A stretch of 64,000 nucleotides of DNA, taken from Amphiscolops sp. MND2022 (taxonomy: Eukaryota). How positions within the stretch are numbered: the first letter of the stretch is position 1; each line of letters starts with the position of its first letter. The stretch is taken from the NCBI GenBank assembly GCA_964187785.1, contig OZ076413.1, positions 50,160,001-50,224,000 on the forward strand, read 5' to 3'. The translations under genes and the position numbers were made by a program. The notes under the pieces are model-generated. The model saw nothing but the letters and a program-made list of their open reading frames with translations, was not told where the DNA came from and made no database searches. Positions 43,967-58,651 of this stretch are shown piece by piece.

Positions 43967-46900
43967 TGTTGCGTTCGCAATAAGATTGAATTAATTTTAT
44001 CTAATAATTCTTCGAAATAACTTCATGAAATCTGAAATACAAAGTAAAAAATATCTTTTTTGGAAAAAATCCAAAAGTTGTTTCTTTGCTATCTCGAAAT
44101 CATGACTCATGTTTGTTCATGTGTTTATTGGGTTTCTAAAAAAGTTTGCGGGATTATCATTGTGGATGTATTCTTTCTTGGATCCAAACTTGTGTTATCT
44201 CTGAAACATCTTTTCGAGAAAATTCCCAAAAACATATACAATTCTTTCATGGTGGCCATAGAGAGGCATCCCTGTTGACATTCTACCCCCCTCAGTGCAT
44301 ACACGGGGTGGCCAATAGCAACACTTCTGTCTCATCCACTGTTTCGATCCGTGTGCGAGTCTGGGTGAAAGATATCATGTCTTGGTTTCTTCAGGACCCC
44401 CCGAAATTCTGGACTGAAAGTGCACTAGTGTTGGCGACACCGGAATCGACTAAGACATGTTGAAATCAAGTCTGTTTTGCTTCGAATTTGAATGACGTCA
44501 ATTCTTCAGATGCTCCAAAAAATAATACGAATTCCAGATTATGGATATTGGAATCACAGTTTTTAAACAGTCTTCTGAAACAAGATAAAGAATCCCAATT
44601 ATTTGAACCTTCGTGTTAAAGTGCGCAATCGAGAATTCAATATAACCACAGTTTATCGCAATTTTACGATGTTCAGATGTTGTTGCATACATAATATTTG
44701 ATTTTTATTTGAAGTTTTGGTTTAAAAAATAAAACCAAACTGGTGAAAATTGAGATTTGTACTTTCTGCTGTGCTAATAATTCGGGATAGCAAATCTTCA
44801 AATATACTGTAGTCCCGAATGCAATTTTAATCTTGAGGTTTCGAAAAAAAACTTGAAAAAAAAACTTCAGAGATCCAATTTTAAAATCAACAAACCATTC
44901 GAACTGTTCAATAAAACAAGTATAAACTGCTACCGGAAATCTTATTGCTGTTTTGTAAGCAAAACAATTAAGAAGAGTAAAAAAAATACTTGACGTTTTT
45001 CAGAGGCGATAGTGCCAGAAACCTAATGGCATTTATTGTAGCGGCAAGTTCCGTTGATCATGCTCTTGACACCTTAAGCCCCGAAAACCGAAAAAAAACT
45101 AACGAAAAGATTTTCTCTGCCGGGCCTGAGCCCTAAACCTAACAAAAAAACCCAAAAAGTAGTGCAAAATTTGCTCTCGAAAGAGCTAGCTGAAAAAAAA
45201 CGACATTGTTATGTGGCACGATGTGCAGAATAATAGCATCTCAAAACATGAGAGCAATAATTTTCGGGCATTGACCGTTTTCCAATTGTTCGAATTTTGA
45301 AACCACTTCAAAATAAATTCCGGGCTCTAGTGTACTTTCACCGATTCCGTACCCCGCACATTTATCAAAATTTAAAGGAATTAGAAAACATTAAAAAGTT
45401 GAACACTGTTGAAGACTTTGTTTTGCCGAGAAAAAAGAAAGATCCTGAGTATCTCAAGAAACTCAAAGCATTACACCAGAGCCCCGGGATTGAGTTAAAA
45501 CACATTGCCTTTCTTTTGAGAAAGGAGAGCAAGGTTGACACTATTACCAACAAAAGCCGCCCCCAGCGGCCCAGTGAGCACGATCGAAAGGCTATCAAGA
45601 GTGAAGCTGCCGTCGCTGCTTCGTCCTAGACCCCCTCCATCCGCCTTTATTGTACTGTAGTTACGGTGTCCGGACTTCATTGTCTGGTTGAAGTTCCTAC
45701 AGTAGTTTTTCCATCTTCTTGAGTTGGGTCCGGACCTAAGTGTCCGGTTGATACTCAGAAGTCCATTTCCCGTCTTTCTTCCTGCCGTTTGGACAGTGTC
45801 TGGACTTCATTGTCTGGTTGAAGTTCTTTCGGCCTTCTTCCGCCTTTTGGGCACTTAGTATTGGACGAACCGTCATCATTTCGGGAAGTGCGATATTTTT
45901 AATCGCTGTCTCGTCCCATGTAACTTCCTCCTGCGTTTTGTTACTTTCTTTTAACACAAAAATTTGTACAGTTTCTGTACCATTGCTGTTATCGTGAGAT
46001 ACAGCTCGCATTCACTCCTCACCGCTTCCGTCAACCCAACATCTCCTCCGTTCAGCTCTGTCTAAGCTTAATTGCTTGGTTGACGCTGTCGAAGAGAAAG
46101 TTTTAATTCTAATTTCATAAACATTTTCTCACTACTTTAATTCATTTTCTAACGGAAGTTCTTGACGAAAATGACCGCCGCCAGGCAAGACAAAGTCAAA
46201 ATAATTTTCGAAAGTCGTGCCAAAGCCGAGACCGAGTTACAGAGATTGCAGGAGAAAGTCCAAGATGCAGTGGAGAACAAAGATAGACGTGTCCGCATTG
46301 AAAGACTTGTTACTTCCTGTGACGAAGCAATGACTAAACTGTTTGCCAAACATGAACAACTTTTCGAACTCGCTGGTAAAACAGAAGACCCGTCACTTGT
46401 TACACAAGATTTGGAAACTTGGTTGAATGAAGTGACCACTCGAAACGATGAGATTTTGAAAAAGGCTCGTGACTACATCGATCAATGTCCGCTCGTCGAT
46501 GCAGCATCTCAATCATCAACGACTGTCACCAAAAGCAAGCAACCAAGCAAACCGTCAACTTCAAGGACATCCAGACAATCGAGAACATACAGTCAGCGAC
46601 AAAGGGACTTGCTAATTGCCAAGCAACGTAAGGTGGAGATAGAAAAGCAAAATGGAGCCGCCCTTAGAATTGCAAAGCAACAGCAGGAACTGGAACTCGA
46701 ACGTCTACAGGAAGAACAGGAACTACTAAGACTGAGAACTGACCGACTTAGGAAGGAACAAGCACTTCAAGTTGAACAGTTAGAAGAGAAAAACCGAAAG
46801 AAACTAGCTGAAGCAACACTCACCGAGCTTGAACTGACAGACGATTTGTCGGACTCTCAATCAGAGCTTCTAGACACGGTGACGCAATTAGCTACTTCGA

Positions 46901-49900
46901 CTAAAGCTGACGATACGCTCCGAGTAAGCGAGTGGGTTAACAATTCACCCATTACCACTGCAAGTCACCCCACAAACACTGCAGTTTTGGATACGAACAC
47001 TGTTACCGTTACTACTGCAGCGTCACAATCGGTCGATATGGGGGCTCCTACAACAACCCCATTACCTAGCATTCCAGTAGTGACTTCTGTAACTCCTCCG
47101 CCCGCACCAACGGCTAACGACATACCATCAGTTACGGGACTAGGTTCATTAGTTTACATACCAACTACGGAACATGTCCAAAATCCACAATCAACTACGA
47201 CTCCTCCGAGAACTTCTCCTTTGATTACCGCTACAGTACAGCCAGCTCCAACAGTCACAGTTCCAGCAAGCCATCTTCTTCCAAACTTATCGGCCTGGAC
47301 GTTCCCGACAGGACCAAGCAACCCGCATGTTGGCGCAACTCCCGTAACCACGAACCACACTGTAATTCCGACAGTTTTTCCAGCTACCAGTGCTGCCACA
47401 ACAGCTTCGCCCATTATTCCAGTCACCGCTGGAGGATCCGTATACTACATTAACCCGATGTCTATGGCAACAGTGTCCGCACCGAACAGCACACCAATTC
47501 CGAGTACCTTTCCGACCATTCCTTCAGCAACGCAATTCGCACCTCCTACGTTCATCACTGCACCGCAACCAGCGACAAACCGTTTCACTGTTCGAGATCT
47601 TGCGCAACTGTTAGCGTCGTCAAAGAGGGACCACCTCCCGGAATGGAAACTGGCACAGTACAGTGGAGATCCACTTCAATGGCACGAGTGGTATGGCCAG
47701 TTCAAGAGTGCCATCGATTCAGCCCCGCTTACCGATGACGTGAAGCTAACATATCTAAAGACACTGGTGTCCGGCAAGGCAAAAACCACTGTCGCCGAGT
47801 TTGCCTACAGCGGTACCATGTACAAAGATGCGCTGAAAACTTTGGAACGAAAGTTTGGGCAAGCTCAAACCGTGGTTAGTGCCTACTTGACAAACTTGCC
47901 AACAATCCGCCAGTTAAAATGCACAATAGCGACAGTATCATTAGCTATTCTGCTACTGTTTCCTCATTGGTCGGCGTTTTCCGATCCTTGAATTATCTCC
48001 AGGATCTGTCGAGCGCTTCTCTCATGAACCAAGCAGTTCAAAAACTTCCACCAAACCTGAGGAAGCTTGGTCTATGAACACTGTGAAACGGAATCTGGAC
48101 CGGCCGACGTTGATTCACTTCAATGACTGGCTGAAGGAAAAAGCAGAAGCGCACGAACGCATGAAAGCCACCTCCAGTAAACCGAGGACTGAAGAAATTT
48201 CTGCCAACACTGTAACCAAGAGAAAAACGGGAACCAAGGTTTTTGCGGCGACCACGAGCAATCAAGTGAAAGCTGTCCCTAAGATTAGAAGTGAGAAACA
48301 GTGCAGAGTCTGTAAAGAGAGTCACCCGCTGTGGCGATGCTCAGTATTCCGTCAAAAGACTCCAACTGAAAGAGCCAAGCTGACTGCCGAGAGTAAACTA
48401 TGTTTTTCTTCTTTGAATGACGGACATTCCTTCCGACAATGCCCGCAACCAAGAAAGTGCACCAAGGAAGGCTGTAGTAGCTCCCATAACACTTTACTGC
48501 ACGGCGCGGATAAAATCTTTCCCCAGAAAAGTTCCGGTGATGCAAAAACTACCCAAAGTAGTAAAACAAAGGTCAATCAGAAACAAACCGGCAGTGAAAG
48601 TTCAGGCATGCCTTCTCTAACTGATTACAAAGGATTGTTGCAAATAGTAGAAGTGCAGTTGGATTCATTGTCAAGCTCCGTGAAAATTCTCCCATTATGC
48701 GACTCAGCTTGTAGTCATTCTTGGGTCTCAAGAAGTTTAGCTGACAAACTACGAGTCAAAGGCTCCGCAACCAAGTTAACCGTACACGGGATAAATTCCC
48801 AGCAAGTGGTCGACACGGAAACAGTTGAGCTTAAGTTGACGCCCGTTCATTCGAGTGGCTCTTGTTCAACTTTTCCTGTCACGCCTTATGTCCGAGATGA
48901 TTTGAAAGCGGGAAACGACGTCATCGACGTTGACAATTTGAAAAAAATTACCCACATTTAGAACCGATCCCCCTCAGCAAGTACAGCTATTCAAACGTTG
49001 AGATGATCCTTGGTCAGGATGTCTTCCACTGTATCCGCCCATTGGAGTACTTCGAAGCCGACCGTCCGAATACTCCGATAGCCGTCCGTTTGCCGTTGGG
49101 TTGGGTACTGAGTGGTCCACTTCCTTCCACTACGGGTCTTTTCTCGACTTGTTTCAAAGCTGTCACTAGCTCAGAGAATGATTCGATTCTTGCCGATCAA
49201 CTTCGCAGCTGGTATGACATGGAGTCATTCGGCGCCTACAAACAAGTTGATTCACGCTCCGCGTCCGATGCGCAAGCGATGAAAATTCTTGAAGAGACAA
49301 CATTCAACGATGGATGCCGTTACCAAGTTGGTATGTTGTGGGCCGATGACGAAAGTACGTTACCGAACAACTACTTCTCGGCTCTCGTTCAACTCAAGTC
49401 TTTAGAACGCCGCCTAGGGAAAGATCCTCAACTGAACGAAAGTTACAGCAAAACAATCAAAGAGGATTTTGAAAAAAGGTATTTTGTTCAAGTCGATAAA
49501 TCCGAATGCTTTCGAACTGATAACCGTCGTGAATGGTACTTACCACATCACCCCGTGATACATCCTCACAAACCCGGCAAAATGAGAAGAGTTCTGAATG
49601 GTGCCGCAAAGTTTCACGGTTATTCTCTGAACAATGGTCTTTTAACTGGACCGGATCTGCTGCAAAGTTTGATCCACATCGTTTTTAGATTCCGTCAATA
49701 CCCCAACGCCGTATCCGCCGACATCGAAGGAATGTTCTTACAAGTAGGAGTTATTCCGAAAGACCAGCCCTCTCTTCGTTTTCTGTGGCGGGAGGACCCA
49801 TCAACTGAAGTTGCTGTTTTTCAATACGTAAGGCACATCTTCGGTGCGAAAGATTCCCCGACATGCGCAAATTACGCCCTAAAGGGGACCGCAACAGACA

Positions 49901-52900
49901 ATGCTGAAGATTTTCCGACTGCCGCCCAGAGCGTGCAAACAAACTTCTACATGGACGACTACCTCGAATCTAGTCCCACAACCGAAGAAGCCATTCAAAA
50001 AGCTAAAGATTTGACGAAATTGTTTTCAATCAGTGGATTCAAGCTAACAAAGTTCATGTCTAATGACTCCAACATCCTGCAACAAATCGAACCGAACTCT
50101 GACAGCCAAATCAACGATGGTAAACCGTTACTAACAACAGAGGAATCATCACATGTACTTGGCCTCAAATGGAACCATGCCTCAGACACACTTGTTTTTA
50201 GCCGAGGCACCACTCCTGACATAAATCGAACTGTTACCCAAAGGATTGTCCTCAGCCTCGTCTCCGGTGTTTACGACCCTATTGGCCTCGTAGCTCCGTA
50301 CACAGTGAAAGCCCGACTCTTGCTCAAAGACATATGGAGACTTAGCGGCCAGAAATGGGATGACATTCTCCCAGATGATATTGTAACCAAGTTCCTTGGC
50401 TGGAGTTCTGAATTGGGAACACTTAGTGAAATCAGGATTCCACGAAGATACTTCCAACAGAAGGTCGAACGTCTGGAGTTACATATGTTTGGGTACAGTT
50501 CACAAGATGTTTTTAGTGCAGTAGCTTTCCTCAAAGGCAAAGTCATCAGCGGCGATAACAGTTCTACTGAAATAGCCTTCGTTTTCGGCAAAGCACGAGT
50601 CGCACCAATGAAAGCCTTGACCATTCCTAAACTCGAACTGCAGGCCGCGCTGCTTTCCGCTAGATTGAGAAAAGAAGTGCAACGTGCTCTAACTCTGCAT
50701 ATCGAGAAGACTTTCATGTGGACCGACAGTACTACGGTGCTTCAGTGGTTACACTCCCTTGAAAAACAGCCTGTATTTGTCGCAAACCGCGTCGCAGAGA
50801 TACTTGAACTGACGACTGCCGACGAGTGGTACCATGTTCAATCCGCTGACAACCCTGTTGATGCTGGAACTAGAGGTTTGTCCGCCAAAGATCTTTTGCA
50901 GAGTAGTTGGTTAAGCAGTCCCAACTTCTTGAAAGCAAATGAATGGCCTTTCAAGCCATCCGAAGGCTTCCGACTGAAACTGAAACAAACTAAACCGGAT
51001 CCTACCGATGAACCAAGTACTGAGTCGTGTACAATGCTGTCTGAAACCCAAGTTGCAACAGCGAAAACTTTCGAGTGGCAGAAATTTGGCTCATACGAGA
51101 AACTCCTACTCATTGCAGCCTACGTTTTACGGCTTCTGTCGAGAAGTAGGCTTTACAGGACAAACTCTTGCGTCATCACCGATCCTGCTGAACTTGAAAA
51201 TTCCGAACAACGTCTTCTCTACCTGACCCAAGCAGAATCCTTCCATGCCGAAAAAAGTAACCTGCTGAAGTCAACCCCGCTCAGTAAATCTTCGAAAATT
51301 GTCCAATTCTCCCCCTTTATTGGACCAAACGGTCTCTTACGAGCGTCTGGCCGAACAAGACTACTCGAAACTGCCACATTTGATGTCAAACACCCCATTC
51401 TCTTGGATGCCCGTTATCCACTATTCAGACTTCTCTTAGAACATTTACACTCCCAACATTGCCATCAGGGCGTTGACTATCTGAGAGCGTTGGTGCAGCA
51501 GCGATTTGCTGTAGTCAAGCTGAGAGCCGTCCTGAGAACCATTGTCTCGAGATGCCTAACATGCCGTAAACGAAACGCTGAAACCCTGACTCCAATAATG
51601 TCCGACCTACCCCGCGAAAGGCTGGCGTTTAAAGAACCTCCTTTCTCGAACTCTGGGATTGATTACTTCGGACCGTTTTTTGTATCAGTGAAAATGTCGA
51701 CTGAAAAACGGTGGGGCTTCCTTTTTACTTGTCTGACGACTCGCGCCGTTCACTTTGAAGTTGTTCCCAGTATGGATACCAGCAGTTGCGTGATGGAGAT
51801 TGAAAGATTTTGTGCCCGCCGTGGAATCCCATCAGTAATCTGGTCCGACAACGGGACAAACTTCGTTGCCAGCGAGAAAGAACTTTTATCCAACATCAAT
51901 AACTGGAATCAACAAGTTCTCAGCGAGTCACTCGTTAAGAAAGGGATCAAGTGGAAGTTTAACCCTCCAAGTGCCCCCCACCACGGAGGTGTTTGGGAAC
52001 GTCTAGTTCGTAGCTTCACGTTTTCTACGCCGTTTTAGGAAACCGCCGTTTGACAGACGAAATCTTGACGACAACGTTCTGCCTAGTGGAACAATGTCTC
52101 AACGTCCGCCCAATCACACCCGTTAGTCCTGAAGCTACTGACATCGACGCTCTCACACCAAATCACTTTCTTCTTGGAACAGCTAGTTCAACATTACCGT
52201 CACGTTTCCGCCCCGAAATAGACCATCGAAAGCGAGATGTTCGAGCTCAAGCGTATTCGGACGCAATTTGGAATCGTTGGCTCAAGGAGTACGTTCCACA
52301 CCTCAACGGTCGCTCGAAATGGTTTCAATCGTCGGAACGACATATGAAAGCCGGAGATCTTGTCTGGCTAGTTGAGCCTACCGCACCAAGAGGACACTAC
52401 CCACTTGGTCGCGTGGTGAAGTTAAACTACGGCACCGATTCCATCGCCTGTTCAGCTGAAGTCAAGATCTCAACCGGAAACCTTGTTCGCCCGGTTGTCA
52501 AGCTCGCTCCCGTTCTCCCCATTTCTGAGTAAACTATATGTTTAAAAGTGATCCATTTAATTCATTTCGTCATTTTGTTTATTTTGTTTTTTTTTGTAAC
52601 AAGTATAACAACTACAATTAAAAAGAGTTTTTTTGTTGGATTGATTTTTTTGCCTACATCTTCTTGGGCCCGGAGGATGTTGCGTTCGCAATAAGATTGA
52701 ATTAATTTTATATAATAACTCTTCGAAATAACTTCATGAAATCTAAAATACCTAGTAAAAAATATCTTTTTTGGAAAAAATCAAAAAGTTGTTTCTTTGC
52801 TATCTCGAAATCATGACTCATGTTTGTTCATGTGTTTATTGGGTTTCTGTAAAAGTTTGCGGGATTATCATTGTGGATGTATTCTTTCTTGGATTCAAAC

Positions 52901-52973
52901 TTGTGTTATCTCTGAAACAGCTTTTCGAGAAAATTCCCAAAACGAGGTATAGGAAACCTATACAATTCTTTCA
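43967..52973 (+). mobile_element. Near-complete BEL/Pao element (9.0 kb) nested in the Gypsy element
   Basis: LTRs 43967-44249 and 52678-52973 (TG...CA, a few substitutions and one ~13-bp indel). Perfect TSD CGTAT; PBS TGGTGGCC. Confidence 0.95.
46171..52532 (+). pseudogene. BEL/Pao gag-pol disrupted by about four frameshifts
   Basis: YSGDPLQWHEW; three knuckles; protease CDSACSHS; RT YMDD; IPKLELQAA; IN CLTC, WSDNGTNF, GGVWERLVRS. Frame breaks near 47890, 48060, 48950 and 52015. Confidence 0.93.
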
Positions 52974-55900
52974 CGTATTGCTGGTTCGTTTTCGTAATTT
53001 GTGTTTGTTTTCTTTTTGTTCGATTTTTATTGAATCAGTATTACCGTTTCTATCCACCACTGTTATTGAGTCCGGGTTCTCCTCTGCTGTTTCACGGGCC
53101 TCTTCTAATTGTCCTTCCGTCATGTTTTCCAGGTGCATGCGTAGGGTGCTTTGGCATGGGGATTGTTGTTGTACTGATCTATCTATGATCAACTTCTTCG
53201 TACCCCTTCCGTAGACCGGGCATAATTTCGTGGGTGTTTCGTTGAGCACTGTTTCCAGCATGCTTTCTTTCATCTGATCAGATTGCTTGGTGTACTAGTC
53301 TGCCTTAAAGTGTTACATATTGCTCTAGAAAGCTTTTTGCGGTTTTTCTTGTTGGTGTTTCGCAGATGCATGCGGCTGGCCATCTGCTGTATCGGTTTAT
53401 CAACACTAGTATAAAAAATCGTCTCTGTTTGTTTGTTATCGGTCCGATGAAATCCAGTTGGATTTCTTGGTTTGTTTTATCGGCCCGTGATAGGTAATTT
53501 GTTTCTGACATAGGTAGTTGTGGTTTAATACTCTTACCTGTCATCTTGAACAGCACACGTTTGTCGCACTTCTGTTGTATGTCTTTGGATTTTTTCGGCC
53601 ACCAAAATAACTTTGCGGCATGGGTCATCTTGTTAATTGATGGGTGGCCTTTGCGTAGAAGTGTGATGACGGTGTTTCGGCGATTTTTTGGTATTATGAT
53701 TTTATCATCATAGAACATCACCCAAATCTTGTGGATTGATTTTTGTGTATTGTTAGTATTCTTCTGGTATCTAATTAATCGGTTTCCTTTCCAGGCAGAC
53801 CAGAGTTTTAAGGAGTTTGTCACCATTGGTGGTTTCCGTTGCGACTGTTTTTAGATCTGTTGCGAACTTCTGTTTTGCTTGACGTATTGTCTCCTCCAAG
53901 TTCGTTATTGTTTCGGACATGGCTTGCCTGTCCTTTCTGAAAATATCGTACACCGGTTGCACCGAGGTATTCCTTGAAATTGTTGGCCGGTACGTCAATT
54001 TAATTTTTCGAATGGGACGACATGGTTTCTTCGCTCTGTTGATCGGTCTCTTCTATTTGTGTTTCTCCAATTGTTCCTTGTTCGTTTGTGTATTTATGAT
54101 TTTTTCGATCACTTTATATAGTTCTTCTCGTCTTGTGCTTTTTTCTTGGCTTTCGTGACTCTGTTGTTCCATTCTTTCCCAAATTAAATTGTTAATTTTT
54201 TGATTTGACTCCTTTTCGATTTTTTTTTAATTTCCATTCGGTGAAATCTTGGTGGATTATATTTCTTCCATACTCCATATGTCATCCTGTAGTCGTTCGG
54301 TTTTACTAGTTCTTTCCACCGATTTGTCAAACCTAAAGTTACTGCTGTTGGATCTTGTCTTTCCAATTGTTCAATTTTTTTTGATGTCCATTCTGGTAAT
54401 TGTTTCGTTGTCTTTTTTGTTGAATGTTAAAGTGTAATACCGGTTGTTGAGATGATAATAGCAAACTACAATTGATCGTTTTATTCTCACTTGGCTTTAG
54501 TTCGTCTTTGTAGCTCGTCTGTGATTGGTTGGTTTTTTGTTCACGCTTCTCTGAATTGTCCGTTTTAATTTCTTTCTTAGTTCATCAATGCTGCCGTGAT
54601 TGTTAATGAACTCCATTGGCGGTATTATGCAAATAATTACTTACTTTTCGTCATAGTTTTCGATTGGTTCGGGCTTTGACACTGGATTTCTACTAAAATT
54701 GTCAGTCAATCCTAGGTGTTTCCTGCAATGTGCTTAATTTTCAAATCAAAGTGTTCCAATCTGTCCAGCCATCTCGTTAGTCTTGCACTCTGCGTTTTAT
54801 TTGACCTGTTTTCTTTATTAATGGTTCTAGTGCTCGGTGGTCCGTTAATAGTTCAATTTGTTTTCCGTCTATGTGTAGTCGGAAATGGTCCAGTCCCCAT
54901 ACTACAGCAAGTAGTTGCAATTCGTTTATTGGGGATTTCTTCTCAAAATCCGATAAAAATTTACTGGCTTATCCGACCGGTTTGAATTTCCACCCTTCTG
55001 TAGTATTTGCCACAGTGTTGCTCCCAATCCTTTTGTACTGGCATCGGTTGTTAGTATATTTTCGGTTTTTACATTGTAGTGTCCTAAACATGGGATATTT
55101 GTGATGTATTCTTTTAGTTTATTGAATGCATTCGTATGTTCTTCTGTCCAGTTCCATTCCTTGTTCTTTTTCAGTAGTTTTCTCTGAATATCGGTGTTTG
55201 CTGATATGTATTTTATGTATTTCGAAAAGTATTGTAATGCCCCAAGAAAAATTTTAGTTCTTTTTTGTTTTTTGGTGTAACTATTTCGGTTATTGCGTCC
55301 AGTTTGTCTTGTAATGGACGTATTTCGTGTTGGTCAATTTTTTGTCTCTTTTCGTTACGATTATTATGTCGTCGAGCCATGCCGGGTGCTTGTATTGCAG
55401 GGTTTTGCCTACTCGTTCTTGGAAAATTGTTGGGATTTCTGTCAGTCCGTAGAATCCTTTCAAGAACCGGTAATAACCAGTGAATTCTCCTCCTGTAACG
55501 GGGTTCTCGTTTTCTCGTCTATTTTTTTCTGCCCTGTGCGTAATCGAAGTCTAATTTTGTTGCCAAATTATCTCCTCCACCTTCGGAAATTGTTCTTGAT
55601 ATTCTTGAAGTTAGTTCTTCCGTGTTCGGCAATTGTGCTTTTCTTTTTATGGTCACTTCGTTAAATTTTCTTGAGTCTAATGCAAATTTTTTTGATTTGT
55701 TTTTTTTTCACAGTAATTACTGCCGGGCTCACAAAATCTTCTGTGATTTTGGTTGCTCTTTCTAAATATCCGTTTTCCATCAGTCGTTTCAGTTCCCTTG
55801 CTACCCGTTCTTGTAGATGTATTTGTATTGGTCTTCCTTTATGTGGGATAATTTGTGCTCCTTCTTTAAGATTGATTTTTACCGATAAGTCTTTTATATC

Positions 55901-58557
55901 GTTGTTGTTGTAGAATAAATCCTTGAATTCGTTCTTCAGATCGTCAATATTTTCATTACCGCCCGGTTGTATGTTGTGTTTTTGTATTTTGCGGTTGTAG
56001 GTGTTTAGGTGTATTTCCAGCTGTTGCATCCAATCTAATCCCATTAACGGTGTTGTTGTCTTTCTGGTTATTAGCAATGTTATTTTCAGTGTTTCTTTAT
56101 TTGTTTTAACCATTGCTTTTGTCTGACCGATAAAATCAATCTTTTGATTGTTTACGTTTTTAAAAGTGGTAATTAGTGGTTCCACTTCAGTTAACTCGTT
56201 AAATAAACAATTTGGAATTAGTGTTACTGGCGATCCACTGTTCATGACGAATTGGAGGTATCTCATTTATCAAAAATGTTGTATCAGAGAATGCTTTGTG
56301 GTCTTTGTCGTTTCTTTTCAGTTTTTTATTGTAGTCCCAGTTGTCTTCTTCGGCCGATGGTGATTTCCTCTCAATATGTTGTACTTTTTTCCATGATGTG
56401 CTCGTTTTCTCATAATGCCCCTTCTTTTGCAATTACGACTATCAGCGGATTTTGCCGGGCATTTGTGCATTCTTGACCAGTTTGGTGCACCACATTGTCC
56501 GCATCGGTTATCTTTGTAGTTTGGTTTCTGACTGTCCGGTTGTTTTCTAGGTCTTTCGAAACTGGATTTATCAGATCATTTTTGTTTGTATTGTCGTTCT
56601 TGAATGTGTTGTAATTTTTTACCATCGTTTGAATTGTTTAGTCTATCGTACATGTACTCGTGTATCAAGTCCGAAATCGTCTCGATAGTCATTACGCTCT
56701 TTCGTAATTTCTTCTTTAATTCATAATCGCCCGTTGATCTTCCGATCAGAGAAATTTTGAGGCCATCAGCTCTGCGGAGGTTACATTTTCGATTTCGCAA
56801 TTCTTCTCTACTTGTAGAATCCGTGTCCAGACGTCTTCAGCTGTTTCATGTTTTTCTCTTGAGGCTCCGAAAAACTCGGCTCGACAATGAAACTTGTTAC
56901 GTTCTGGAATAAAATGTAATCTGATTAGTGAATAAAATTGATTTATATCCATTTTTTTGGATCGTTGTCTCACGGTCCGTATCATTTCAGTAATAGCAGA
57001 TTCACCCAGTGCCCATAGGAATAAAACTTTAATCCGCTCTTCAAGTTCTGCTCGATATTATTCAGTATTTCTCTGTCGGTGGTCATTATGTTCAGATCAA
57101 TGTTTTGTCATCTTTATGTATTGTGTGAACATGCGCCACCACATTTTGGCCTCTTGAAGTCCCCTTTTTTCGAAGGTGGGTAGTCTTCTGATGTGTTTTG
57201 TTTGTGACTCCTCGTTCCGAGGTTTCTCCATTTGAGAAGCTTGTGCTCTTCAAATTTTTGCTATTTTCCGTCTGGCTTACTGCGCCATGTTGTATACTGT
57301 TGTAAGGATAACAGAGAATAGATAGCTTGTAATAATGTATCGTTTGTCGTAGCTCAATTTCATTGTAACTGAGTGTGTGTTAAGATATACAAGCGTTTAG
57401 GACTAACATAAATGTTGACAGGTACTTAGCTGTCACGATTGATCAATTGACCTTTAACGGTCTAACTTAAATCTATGAGATCATGTCACACAAACATACA
57501 CGTATTTAAAGAATAAAACATAAGAGTTCGACATATGTGATATAAATTTGTTGACCTCAAGTGTACCGAAGGTCCAATCAATGACGAACTTCTCTAGGGG
57601 TAGTCTACTGTTTCCGAGTTCATGCGTAAGACAGATAAACATCACCGGGGGCAGCTAAACACTTGAGTAGATAATGATCCCCACAACTTAGGACGAGGCT
57701 CAACCGGCTGTCCTATGTTACCAGCGAGGCAAAAATGCAGCTCCAGAAAACGGACTTATTGTGTACCGCACACTAAAATGACAATTATATGCAAAGAATT
57801 TCGAGCAGTGTCCAGCTCTAGAAACCAGGAGCTGCTGGAGCGTTCAGTTCTGGTCACAGTGGTTGATTTTAAAATTTTTGCAGTAAAAATGGTTGTATGG
57901 AAATTTGGTTAGTCTAAAATTGAAGGAACAACCGTATGGTTTTCCGTATATTTCAGATATTTTCCTGCAGATTTTTATTCATTTTCAGACAAATTGTCTT
58001 CACCTGCAAGAATTTTGTAAGGACAGTCTGAATCTGTAAGAAAGGTCTGATGTGACGGAATCTGACAATTTTAGTCTGAAATGTAAGATACTTGCAAGAC
58101 TCTTGCAGAAAATGTCTGATATGTTCAACTTCTGCACCATTCTTGCGAAAATTGTGTGGCCGTTCGACTAGGGTTTTTAATCCGCTGGTTGAGGCTATAT
58201 CTAATCGTGGTACTACAATTTTGACAGTTAACAAACGGGTGCTACATTGTAACACCCGTGCCGGCATCACGATACCAAGGTTGAGTTGTTGTGGTTTTGT
58301 TTTGAATTTACAGGTAAATAGGTTGATCTCCTCCTTTCTGGATCACATCAATCTCCGTGTGTTGTGACAGCCCTTACAATAGCATGATCCAGGTACAGAT
58401 GGAAAGTTAAACGAGACGTAGCGATACTGCGGCGGTTTTTGTTTCCTGAAAAGCGTTTTTGGGTCACCTTCATCCGTGGAGCAACTACAGGAGAAACAGG
58501 AAAAAGCAGATAGAAAATATTTTTTTTGTATCAGATTACATTATCAAAGTCACCTTA

Positions 58558-58651
58558 TGTCCCAGGCGTCCGCCTGTGATGGCAACTTGTACTCTATTTG
58601 CTTCACGATCTGTAGGAGATCTAAGAGAGACCCTAGGTCAGAGTTCTCACA
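58558..58651 (+). mobile_element. 94-bp ends-only LTR remnant related to the 525-2154 LTR
   Basis: The first ~40 bp align to the LTR start and the last ~49 bp to the LTR end. TG...CA ends; perfect TSD CCTTA (58553-57, 58652-56). Confidence 0.85.

Larger units (their letters stand above)
43445..57490 (-). mobile_element. Decayed Ty3/Gypsy (Mag-like) element, ~5 kb once the nested BEL is removed
   Basis: ~205-bp LTRs at 43445-43649 and 57288-57490; perfect TSD CAAAC. PBS TGGCGCAGT (tRNA-Ser-like); PPT AGGGGGCGGAA. Fragments LMGLDW, VSPAVITVKK, GHPSINKM, IQLDFIGP, NRYSRWP. Mag assignment is tentative. Confidence 0.9.
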
